A stretch of DNA of 64,000 nucleotides from NCBI GenBank assembly GCA_963664705.1, contig OY761556.1, forward strand, positions 1,248,001 through 1,312,000, in the 5' to 3' direction. Shown in pieces: positions 50,775-59,580 of this stretch (positions are counted from its first letter, which is position 1; each line of letters opens with the position of its first letter). Made by a program: the position numbers and the translations under genes. Below the pieces are notes generated by a model that saw only the letters and a list, made by a program, of their open reading frames with translations, ran no database searches and had not been told where the DNA came from. The stretch comes from Acidobacteriota bacterium (lineage in GTDB: Bacteria > Acidobacteriota > UBA6911).

Positions 50775-52037
50775 ATGAATCAGTCGATATCAGAGTCCGC
50801 ATCGATGGCGGCCGGCGAGCCGCTTACCAGGGAGGAACCCAAAATTCTGCTGCTGGAGAACATTCATGCAGCGGCCGAAGAGAATTTTCGCAGCGGCGGA
50901 TTCAGCCGGATCGAAAGGATGTCGAGCTCTCCGGTAGAGGATAAACTGGTCGGTATGATCGGCGATGTGCATGTCCTGGGTATTCGTTCGAAGACCGAAA
51001 TCAACGAGCGGGTTCTGGCCGCTGCCCCCAATCTGGTGGCTGTCGGGTGCTTCTGTATTGGAACCGACCAGGTCGATATCGAGGCCGCGACGCGGAGAGG
51101 CGTCGCCGTTTTCAACGCACCCTTTTCCAATACGCGCAGCGTCGCGGAATTGACCATTGCCGAAGTGGTGATGCTGGCACGGCGCGCCGCGCAGCGATCG
51201 ATGGAACTGCATTCCGGTCGGTGGGAAAAGTCGGCAAAAGGCTGCGTGGAAGTGAGGCGCAAGACGATCGGGATCATCGGATATGGCCATATCGGTCCCC
51301 AGGTCGGATTGCTGGCTGAAGCCCTTGGAATGAAGGTTGTATTCCATGACATCGTCAAAAAGCTGGCGCTGGGCAATGCGCGCCAGGTATCCGGACTCGA
51401 GGAATTGCTGAAGGTGTCCGATTTTGTCACGCTGCATGTGCCGGATACGGCGCTGACTAAAAACATGATCGGCCGGGAACAGCTTGCCATGATGCCGCAG
51501 GGAAGCTACCTGCTGAATCTGAGCCGGGGCTCGGTCGTGGATATCGCCGCGCTTCACCAGGCCCTGGTCGGCGGACACCTGGCTGGTGCCGCCCTGGATG
51601 TATTCCCGCGCGAGCCGCATTCCGGCAAAGATCCGTTCCAGTCGGAGTTGAGAGGACTCGAGAATGTCATCCTGACACCGCATATCGGAGGCAGCACGGA
51701 AGAGGCCCAGCGAAATATCGGTCTGGAAGTGTCGGAATCGTTGATGGCCTATGCGCAGACAGGAAGTTCGATCGGCTGCGCCAACGTCCCGGAGGTGCAG
51801 CTTTCAGCGATTGAAGACAGCTATCGCGTGCTCAATATTCACCGGGATATGCCCGGCGTCCTCAGCCGCATCAACGGACTGGTCGCGGCTATGAGCGTGA
51901 ATATCAAGGCGCAGTCCTACAACACGCGGGGCGGCATAGGTTATTTGATCATGGATGTGGAGAGAAGCCTGTCCCGCGCGGTTCAGCAGCAGATCCAGGC
52001 GCTCGACAGCAGCATTCGCACCCGCCTGCTATTTTAA
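50775..52037 (+). CDS. serA: D-3-phosphoglycerate dehydrogenase (E. coli-type with ACT domain)
   Basis: LGIRSKT, GCFCIGTDQVD, NAPFSNTRSVAE, GYGHIG, TPHIGGSTEEAQ, ACT domain. Confidence 0.93.
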   Translation: MNQSISESASMAAGEPLTREEPKILLLENIHAAAEENFRSGGFSRIERMSSSPVEDKLVGMIGDVHVLGIRSKTEINERVLAAAPNLVAVGCFCIGTDQVDIEAATRRGVAVFNAPFSNTRSVAELTIAEVVMLARRAAQRSMELHSGRWEKSAKGCVEVRRKTIGIIGYGHIGPQVGLLAEALGMKVVFHDIVKKLALGNARQVSGLEELLKVSDFVTLHVPDTALTKNMIGREQLAMMPQGSYLLNLSRGSVVDIAALHQALVGGHLAGAALDVFPREPHSGKDPFQSELRGLENVILTPHIGGSTEEAQRNIGLEVSESLMAYAQTGSSIGCANVPEVQLSAIEDSYRVLNIHRDMPGVLSRINGLVAAMSVNIKAQSYNTRGGIGYLIMDVERSLSRAVQQQIQALDSSIRTRLLF

Positions 52038-52063
52038 CGGCTCACTGGGAGCGCCGCGTCCCG

Positions 52064-52210
52064 GCTAATGCCGCATATTATTTATTCTGAGCCCTGCGAT
52101 GCGAAAGAAGCATCAGGCCCGGAGAGCCGAAAGTGAGTTGCCAGGGGTGAAGCGGAGCGAACCCCTGGTAAATAGCGAAAAAGCAGGAACCCTGAGGGGC
52201 GAAAGATCGG
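52064..52210 (+). repeat. Dispersed REP/MITE-like element, copy 4
   Basis: GCTAATGCCGCATA..TTCTGAGCCCTGCGATGCGA..CAGGCCCGGAGAGCCGAAAGTGAGTTGCCAGGGGTGAAGCGGAGCGAACCCCTGG. Confidence 0.8.
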
Positions 52211-52245
52211 CAATTGATAAGCCGTCCCCGTCTGAAATCCGCGCT

Positions 52246-54687
52246 CTATCCCACCAGGCGAATGCGTCCCGTAAAAGATCTCCTCTGTCCGCCGAGGTAC
52301 CTCAAAAAATCGGGTGAATCGATATTATTGATGACTCCATCCGGGTGATGGTGGTTGGTCAGATTCATAATCGAAATGCGAATGGCCCAGTCCCGAGTAA
52401 AGAGGTGCAGACGCTTTTCGAATCCCACGTTCAGACTCAGATAATTGGGCAGTCGTTTTTGATTGGCCGGGCCAACAAGCTGCTGCTGTTCGTTGACAAT
52501 GCTGAACGGGAACCCCGACCGATACTCCAGAAAGTAGCTGAGGAACAGCTTCCAAACCGGAGTCGGCGTCCAGCCGGAGCAGATGAACCGATCCGGCGCG
52601 TCCCAGTCCAGCGGGCCGGCCTGCTGCGGAGTGAATACCAGTGTTTTTAATGCATAATCAAAAACATGATTGCTGCGTGAGCTGGACCGCGTATAGCTGG
52701 CGGACATGGAGGCCTTGTCCGAGAAGGCGTGCTTTAATGAAACCTGGAACGACCGGTAGTGATCCCGCCGGTTGTTCTGCAGCTGGAAAATGTTTTCGAG
52801 CGGATTGACCGGGCTCTCCCGAAGCTTGTCATAAGCCAGCCCGAAGCGTCCCCTCCTGTTTGTGAGATTCAACTCGAGCTGAGTTTTAGCGCTCAGCGCC
52901 TGTTCGAGCCCGAAACTGATGGTATAGAATCGCGGCTGCTTCAATGACTCTTCCACCTGGATGAATCGACTCACCACGGGGCCGATTGCCGGTTGTCCGG
53001 GCAGCTTGCCGTAAAACAGATCGGAGCGTTGTTGATCGTACGCTGGGCCGAGATTCGAAAGTGTCACCGGCTGCAGGAAAACGCCCCACGCGGCGGTGAA
53101 CTTGGTCTTGTCGTTTTTGAAAGGAAGGATGTTCACCGCTATGCGCGGGGATGGGGTCGTTCGGCCGATTATCCGGTTCCAATCCGCTCTTAATCCGAAC
53201 TGAAGCACCATGGCGCGGGATACGCGCCACACATCGTGTCCATACACTCCGACGGAGGCATCCGTGAGATTGAAGTTGGCGGGTCCTGAAAACGTGGTGC
53301 GCTGCGCGATGGATCCGTCCGCCCTGATTACTTCCATCGCCGCCCGCTGGGCCGATTGATCCCATTCCAGACCCGAGGCATTGAATCCGACCTGGAGATC
53401 GTGCGTCCCGTTCCAGTGACGCGTCGGCATGCTTGCGTTTCCGAGGCTTTGCCATCGGTGCCTCTTTTGCCACAGAGCCTCAAAATAATTCCCGGAGGAT
53501 CCGTCGGGCGTGACCTGGTAGGTATCAAATCCATGCGGCAGGCTCTCGTTATGAGAAAAATCGGCAGCAAAACCGAGTTCGTAAAAGGTCCTGCCACTCC
53601 ACATCTGATCCTTTACGGAGAAAAAGGATCGATAAGCGCGCGTGCGCCGCGTGGTTGAAATCGGCGAAAGAGGCGCAAGCCCGATGTTGGAAGCCTGCAG
53701 CTGATTGTACAGGAAGCTCCCCTGCAGCAGGTTCTTGGGCGTCAGCTTCAGCTGCGTCCGCAGCATATTGTCCCCGGACCATTGCGTAACGGAATCTTCG
53801 TCGGCTGGAAGGTCTTCGATCAGGCTGACCGTGCGCTGAATGCTGAGCGCCTCCGAGAACCACGCCCGCTCCTTGCGGATCGGGCCCGAAAGAGTGAACC
53901 GCGGATACCAGCTGGTCAGATGCAGGCCACGCTGCAGGCTGAGCCCCGGAAAAAAGTTGTTGGCGCTTGCTCGCAGTCGGTCGTCGCCCACAGCGGTATC
54001 CATGGACAGCACGCCTGCCCCGGCGTTCCCATACTGAGCGCTGTAGCGGCCCGACTCCACTTGGGCAGAATGGAGACTGTCCACGTTGACCCGGACGGAA
54101 AGGTTTCCCGTCACCGGATCTCCGATGTCAAACCCATCCAGCAGGTACTGCGTTTCTCCTGTTCGTCCGCCTGCGATGTGAAGCTGTCCGTTGCCGTCCC
54201 GGACTACCTCCGGAAGAACCTGCAGGCTGTTTCTGAGGTCGTGAGTGGACTGTACGGGAATATCGCGGATCTCGCGCGCAATCAGCCCCTCCTGGTGCGA
54301 CGTCACCGTTGGTTGGATGTTTTCCGAGGAGGAATAAACCTCGACTTCTTCGTGGATTTCGGTTTCATGGGCGGCGGTGAAGGTGATTTCGTTGTGGCCC
54401 GGCTTCAGAACAAAGGGCTGCCGGGAGACGCGGAAGAAGCCGATCTTGTTCAGGCTCACTCGATATTCGCCGTCACGGTCCGCGGAAAACTCGAATATCC
54501 CCGCGGCATCGGTGTGCATCGTGCGCGATTGATTGTCCGGAGTGTGGATCGTCACTTCGATATTGGCTACAGGCTTGCCGTCCTCATCTACCACACTGCC
54601 GCGCAGCCTTGCCGCATCGGCGGCAGGGAAGGCAAATAAAGCGGAATAGATCAGGGCAACAAAGGCCCAGGCTGTTTTTAGTCGCAT
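52246..54687 (-). CDS. TonB-dependent receptor with N-terminal carboxypeptidase-regulatory-like domain
   Basis: Signal peptide, LRGSVVDEDGKPV..TDAAG.F, plug motifs YLLDGFDIGDP and YSAQYG, amphipathic beta-strands. Confidence 0.85.
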   Translation of the reverse strand: MRLKTAWAFVALIYSALFAFPAADAARLRGSVVDEDGKPVANIEVTIHTPDNQSRTMHTDAAGIFEFSADRDGEYRVSLNKIGFFRVSRQPFVLKPGHNEITFTAAHETEIHEEVEVYSSSENIQPTVTSHQEGLIAREIRDIPVQSTHDLRNSLQVLPEVVRDGNGQLHIAGGRTGETQYLLDGFDIGDPVTGNLSVRVNVDSLHSAQVESGRYSAQYGNAGAGVLSMDTAVGDDRLRASANNFFPGLSLQRGLHLTSWYPRFTLSGPIRKERAWFSEALSIQRTVSLIEDLPADEDSVTQWSGDNMLRTQLKLTPKNLLQGSFLYNQLQASNIGLAPLSPISTTRRTRAYRSFFSVKDQMWSGRTFYELGFAADFSHNESLPHGFDTYQVTPDGSSGNYFEALWQKRHRWQSLGNASMPTRHWNGTHDLQVGFNASGLEWDQSAQRAAMEVIRADGSIAQRTTFSGPANFNLTDASVGVYGHDVWRVSRAMVLQFGLRADWNRIIGRTTPSPRIAVNILPFKNDKTKFTAAWGVFLQPVTLSNLGPAYDQQRSDLFYGKLPGQPAIGPVVSRFIQVEESLKQPRFYTISFGLEQALSAKTQLELNLTNRRGRFGLAYDKLRESPVNPLENIFQLQNNRRDHYRSFQVSLKHAFSDKASMSASYTRSSSRSNHVFDYALKTLVFTPQQAGPLDWDAPDRFICSGWTPTPVWKLFLSYFLEYRSGFPFSIVNEQQQLVGPANQKRLPNYLSLNVGFEKRLHLFTRDWAIRISIMNLTNHHHPDGVINNIDSPDFLRYLGGQRRSFTGRIRLVG

Positions 54688-54835
54688 CTCCGGTGTGTCC
54701 TTTTTATCCCAAAACCCCGAGTGTGTCAGGTCCAAAATAGCCGCTTTAGTAAGAAATAATGATCCACATTGACCGCGCAAAAAAATGGATTTTTATCCCC
54801 CACAGCTCTTACACTAGCCGCGGAGGAACTTGGGG

Positions 54836-55957
54836 ATGACCAAACAGGTTGGCGTGTTGACTGCGGGCGGCGACAGCCCCGGATTGAATGCCGTTCTTCG
54901 CGGCATCGGTAAAGCGGCACAGGAGCAATTCCGCATGGAAGTAATGGGCTTTCGCGACGGCTTCCGCGGGCTGATGGAAAACCGGGCAATCGAGCTGAAT
55001 GAGAACGCCCTGTCCGGAATTCTAACCCTGGGTGGCACCATCCTGGGAACCAGCCGCGAGAAACCCCATCGGATGCGCGTTGGCCGCCGCTTCATGGATA
55101 TGACGGATGCCATCGTGGAAAATTACCGAAGAAATCACCTGGATGTGCTCGTATGCATAGGCGGGGGAGGGACACAAAAAAACGCCTACCGGCTGATGCA
55201 GAAGGGGCTGAACGTCATCACACTGCCGAAAACCATCGACAACGACGTTGTCGGAACGGATGTCTCTTTCGGTTTCGATACGGCGCTCGGGATCGCGACC
55301 GAGGCCATCGACCGGCTGCACAGCACCGCGCATAGCCACCACCGGATCATTCTGGTTGAAACTATGGGGCATCGGGCGGGATGGCTCGCTCTGGGCGCCG
55401 GCGTGGCCAGCGGCGCCGATGTGATCCTGATTCCGGAAATTCCCTATAGCATCGAAAAGGTGGCAAAAGCTATTTTGAGCCGCCGCCGCGGCGGAAAACA
55501 CGCCAGTATTATCGCGGTTGCCGAAGGAGCGCAGTCCCTGGAGGATGTTGCGGCCATTCAAAAGGCTGAAAAAAGGAAAAAGAACAAGGGACCGAAGAAC
55601 AGCAAAGGCAAACCTGGCGAAGAAGCATTGTCGAATGAAATGGGGCATGGAGGCAATACGCTGCATCTGGCGCGCCAACTGGAAGAACTCACCGGGCTGG
55701 AATCGCGCGTGACAATCCTTGGATACCTCCAGCGCGGTGGGACGCCGTCGGCAAACGACCGGATCCTGGCAACGCGCCTTGGGACGGCCTGTACCAGCCT
55801 GATCAACGAGGGCATCAGCGGTGTAATGCTGGCCGCACGGGGAGATAGGGCAGAGCCGGTCCCTCTGGAGGAAATCGTCGGGAAAATCAAAACGGTGCCG
55901 CTCGACCATTCCTGGATCGAAAGCGCACGGCGCGTCGGCACAGGCTTTGGCGATTGA
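54836..55957 (+). CDS. pfkA: 6-phosphofructokinase (group III-like)
   Basis: [43 protein letters not shown]. Confidence 0.92.
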   Translation: MTKQVGVLTAGGDSPGLNAVLRGIGKAAQEQFRMEVMGFRDGFRGLMENRAIELNENALSGILTLGGTILGTSREKPHRMRVGRRFMDMTDAIVENYRRNHLDVLVCIGGGGTQKNAYRLMQKGLNVITLPKTIDNDVVGTDVSFGFDTALGIATEAIDRLHSTAHSHHRIILVETMGHRAGWLALGAGVASGADVILIPEIPYSIEKVAKAILSRRRGGKHASIIAVAEGAQSLEDVAAIQKAEKRKKNKGPKNSKGKPGEEALSNEMGHGGNTLHLARQLEELTGLESRVTILGYLQRGGTPSANDRILATRLGTACTSLINEGISGVMLAARGDRAEPVPLEEIVGKIKTVPLDHSWIESARRVGTGFGD

Positions 55958-56094
55958 ACGGAAGCTCCATCGGCTCCCGGTAGAACCCTACAGAACTGCC
56001 TTTGAAAGTGCTCGCTGAAATGCTACATTATCGGGCGAAGCATCAAGCGCTTGCTGTGGTTTTTTGCGATGGAATGCTTTTCTGCAGTGACAGT

Positions 56095-56171
56095 GCGCCC
56101 ATAGCTCAGGTGGATAGAGCATCTGCCTTCTAAGCAGAGGGTCGCAGGTTCGAATCCTGCTGGGCGTACCA
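56095..56171 (+). tRNA. tRNA-Arg (anticodon UCU)
   Basis: GCGCCCA..TAGCTCAG..TCTGC-CTTCTAA-GCAGA..GGTTCGAATCC..TGGGCGT-ACCA; 77 nt with encoded CCA. Confidence 0.96.
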
Positions 56172-56225
56172 GAAAAAACAAGCCATATCAACCACTTAGC
56201 CATCCTGCCATTTTTAGCCAATTCC

Positions 56226-57807
56226 GGAAAACCTGAAGAAAACCTGAGGAAAACCTGAAACCGAAAACCTGGACACCCACGAAAAAGGAAAAACCTGGAC
56301 ACCCATGAAAACCTTTGAGGGAATTGAGGAAAAACCTGGACACCCACGATTTGTTCGTCTGACCGAATGAGGAGTTTCGGAAAGGTCTTGGCGGAAATTC
56401 CCGACCGATGATTCATGTTGCTGAGGAATACGGGAAGAAAGCTTGTAATGGGCTTAGCTGTTACTGCTTGAGGCGAGTAAACAAGCCTGTTGCGAGGAGA
56501 GATGCGAAGTCTGAAGGGGCGCGTAGTTTAGATCCGGAATAGATCCTATTGATCTGGAATGCAATTGGCCTTGAGGCTATGTAAAAGCAGACCGAGCGGC
56601 CGACAAGCCCTTTATCCAATGCCGGTTGAGCCGTCCCGCGAATTCACGCATGTGCGTCAGGCTGCCGGCGGCCACCTGGAATGCGGAACCAAAATGCGAC
56701 ACTGTTTCAATCCATTCCTTGGGAATAACTCCAATGCGATTCAGGATCGGGGCAAGACGGCTATCAATGAACCCGCGCTTGTCAGAGCGAATCATGCGTC
56801 CCGATCGGTCGACCAAATCAAAATACTCGGCTGTGGATGTGTCGAGGATACCACGCCGGCTCGGGGTTGATTGAATTGGGGCCAACCAACAGTCTGCAGA
56901 ATCCCGAAGAGAAGAGCTCGAAGCAGTTCCGGGTGTTGAGGGAGCATTAATCGTGTCATCAGTTTGACAAGGAGAACAATCGAAAGCCGGGCCCGAATCA
57001 CTGGGTTGAGGGGCTGGTTGCTGGGACAAGGATTGGCGATGCCAGGCGCGGATACGCTCCTGAATGCTGGTGAAGTCGCTGTCTTCGGGAGTGGAGGCAG
57101 CGCCGGCCCGAACCATATTCAGATCCACATAGACCAAGCAAGCTGTAATGGCAGAAGCATCCAGAAGCACCAGGCATTTAAAGCGAGATTCCCAGAAGCG
57201 GCCCTTGACCTTATCTTCCTTGTTAGCCTTGCGAGCGATGAATTCACTGAGTTTGGCCACGAACCAGCTCAGGCTGCCCAGCCGCTTGCGCAGAACAGTA
57301 ATGTGTTCCGGACAATCTGCTAATGCCTGGATCTGTTCGACCCTAGGAGGAAGAGGCTTTTTGCTGGTGCGCGGTTTTCGGGGGCAGAGTTCTAGCCATC
57401 GGGCGGCGACGTCGAGATCGGACCAGGACTCAAGAATGTCGGGTCGGGTTCGCAAGATGGAATGCACGTGGTTTTCCATGATGGCATAACCGCACACGTC
57501 AATGGCGAAGATGCCGGCAAGTTGTTTCAAACGATCGAGAATCCATTTTTTGCGATGGGAGAAATCCCGGCCGCTAAGAGGGTCATACCCGCAAAGAAAA
57601 GATCTGCGGACACATCGACTGATGCAATGATAAACGCCTTCCTCACCTTCGATGACATAGATGTTTCTTGCCAATCCCATGGTTTGCCTCCTTGCATAGT
57701 TACTAATGGCGAACCTTGGGAATTGAGCGAAGAAAAATTGGAGGCAATGGAACAAAACAGTGGGTGTCCAGGTTTTTTCCAGGTTTTTCAGGTTTCCCAG
57801 GTTTTTC
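56226..57807. mobile_element. Y1/RAYT-like element with 18-bp inverted repeats and stuttered end arrays
   Basis: AAAAACCTGGACACCCAC (56330-56347) / GTGGGTGTCCAGGTTTTT (57760-57777) flank the transposase; extra copies at 56227-56315 and 57779-57807. Confidence 0.8.
56577..57680 (-). CDS. HUH/Y1 transposase (REP-associated tyrosine transposase-like)
   Basis: YHCISRCVRR, YAIMENHVH (HUH), GRFWESRFK, VYVDLNMVRAG (catalytic Tyr); AAGGAGG RBS before ATG 57680. Confidence 0.88.
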   Translation of the reverse strand: MGLARNIYVIEGEEGVYHCISRCVRRSFLCGYDPLSGRDFSHRKKWILDRLKQLAGIFAIDVCGYAIMENHVHSILRTRPDILESWSDLDVAARWLELCPRKPRTSKKPLPPRVEQIQALADCPEHITVLRKRLGSLSWFVAKLSEFIARKANKEDKVKGRFWESRFKCLVLLDASAITACLVYVDLNMVRAGAASTPEDSDFTSIQERIRAWHRQSLSQQPAPQPSDSGPAFDCSPCQTDDTINAPSTPGTASSSSLRDSADCWLAPIQSTPSRRGILDTSTAEYFDLVDRSGRMIRSDKRGFIDSRLAPILNRIGVIPKEWIETVSHFGSAFQVAAGSLTHMREFAGRLNRHWIKGLSAARSAFT

Positions 57808-58645
57808 TACCGGGGCTGATTTTTCCGGCGAAGAAAGCCCAGGCCAAAATTGCCAGAAGGGCTCCCGCGAGGACATCGGTTACATAATGTTCGCCAATAT
57901 GAACCAGCGAATAGCCCATCAGGACGGCATAAATCCATCCATAACGGCCCATTCCTAAGCCTACAACCGTGGCTACCGCCATATGCACGCTGGGCATGGC
58001 CGCCACATCATTAGCTCCTGAAACCGCCATTCCGTAGGTATAGAGTTCAGGAAACAGAAGGGAAAAAAGCTGCCGCTGGATGCCGGCTGCGTGCCCCTGT
58101 TCTGCTGCAAGCCATGGGGGCGCGGTGGGCACAAGGGCATGAATAACAAGCGCGACTGCATATACGGATACAAGGGAGAAGACAAATCGTGAAAAGCACT
58201 CTTTCCTGCGCCAGATGTAAAAGCCAGCCAACGGGGGAGCAAAGTAGTATGTCATGTGGACCACAACCCCCAACCAGTCAAGAAACGGCAGGTGCAGAGC
58301 CTGCAGCCGAACCGTCGGAAGCGTCCCAAAACCAATAATCCGGTCCACGATCATTGGATAGTGCACCCTGACCGGTTGGCCAAGGTTGTCAAGCATCGGA
58401 CGCGTAAGCGCGAATGCGACAAAACTGAGCGCATAGATAGTCCACAATTTGAAGTCGCCGGACTCTCTTTCCCGAACCGCAACCCAAGCCAGTGGCAGAG
58501 CAAAAAGCAACGCATAGGAGCCGGGCGCAAGCCTCGTTTTAGGGAATAGTAATGCGCAAAGTGTCAAAAGTATTATGGCGGGGCGCCAGAGCTTTTGAGC
58601 AACAGAGCTCAGGCTGTTCAGAGTGGTCGCTGCGTGGCCGTTCAC
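57788..58645 (-). CDS. PAP2-superfamily membrane protein (AUR1/IPC-synthase-like)
   Basis: Multiple TMs, PTAPPW, AAMPSVH, GEHYVTDVLAG. Confidence 0.8.
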   Translation of the reverse strand: MNGHAATTLNSLSSVAQKLWRPAIILLTLCALLFPKTRLAPGSYALLFALPLAWVAVRERESGDFKLWTIYALSFVAFALTRPMLDNLGQPVRVHYPMIVDRIIGFGTLPTVRLQALHLPFLDWLGVVVHMTYYFAPPLAGFYIWRRKECFSRFVFSLVSVYAVALVIHALVPTAPPWLAAEQGHAAGIQRQLFSLLFPELYTYGMAVSGANDVAAMPSVHMAVATVVGLGMGRYGWIYAVLMGYSLVHIGEHYVTDVLAGALLAILAWAFFAGKISPGRKTWET

Positions 58646-58734
58646 AATCCTCCAATCACGATGTGCCAGCAGTATTTATCGACTCGAGATTATGATTTAT
58701 TAGCGGAATATAATAAAGATCCTATCATACGAAT

Positions 58735-59445
58735 TCAGAACTTGACGCCAAGCAGGAATTCGAGCTGGTTTTGACCCGATCGAAGCCCGGCACGCATCCC
58801 GGGGAGTTCAGCAAAATTCCCGTTGATCCATCGCGTGTAACGCAGTTCAGGTGAAATACCCAGGATCCCCCGGCGTAACTCGCAGCCGCCTCCCACCGCG
58901 ATTCCGCCCGTGCTCACCCGGCGCAGTTCCACGGGATTCCCGGTCAATGTCTGTCTGGATCTGAAATCAATGACATAATGCTGCTCGATTGTCTCAATCG
59001 ATTGCGACCCGCTGACATAATTCAGGCTGGGTCCTGCCGATACATAAAGGATGCGCTGCTTCACCGGCAGCCGGTATTTCAGCAGCAAAGGAAATTCCCA
59101 TCGGTCCAGGGAGTTCTGCCTGAAACTCAGCAACGATTTGGGCGCATAAACATAAACGCTCGTATAGTCATAGTTCAGGTGCTTGTATAAAGCATCGAGC
59201 TCGATCGACAGATGCCACGGCAATCCAAACTCAAGGGATGGCCCCACCGTATATCGACTGGTTTTGGAGAAATAATTCTGGCTTCCCGTTGCCGGGTAAA
59301 TGTCGGGCACGATAGTATAGCCTGAAAACTGAAAGGCATCCGTCAAGGGAACCCCACCCTTGAAGCCAAACCGCAGCGTCTCCGCAGATAATGTCTGAAC
59401 CGTCAGAAATAGCAGCAATGCACCGATTACATTTCTTTTTCGCAT
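58735..59445 (-). CDS. Outer-membrane beta-barrel protein (PorT-like)
   Basis: Signal peptide, FGFKGG, WEFPLLLKY, PELRYTRW, C-terminal LLGVKF. Confidence 0.75.
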   Translation of the reverse strand: MRKRNVIGALLLFLTVQTLSAETLRFGFKGGVPLTDAFQFSGYTIVPDIYPATGSQNYFSKTSRYTVGPSLEFGLPWHLSIELDALYKHLNYDYTSVYVYAPKSLLSFRQNSLDRWEFPLLLKYRLPVKQRILYVSAGPSLNYVSGSQSIETIEQHYVIDFRSRQTLTGNPVELRRVSTGGIAVGGGCELRRGILGISPELRYTRWINGNFAELPGMRAGLRSGQNQLEFLLGVKF

Positions 59446-59580
59446 AGGCCCATACTAAAAGCAAAAACGCCTGAACTCAATACCGCCAATCGCATGGATC
59501 CATACACTTTCACGATGCTTTTCCGCTTTTTGTCCGATATGGGCACTGGTCGTGAACGCTTTTAAAAAAGTGAGAGATAT

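Noticed and set aside
56226-56347. Possible CRISPR array
   Set aside because: Units are at most 18 bp, irregularly spaced, lack 30-40-bp unique spacers, have no cas genes nearby, and mirror the other end of the transposon.
55988-56416. 142-aa - strand ORF
   Set aside because: Overlaps tRNA-Arg and the repeat array; not a credible protein.
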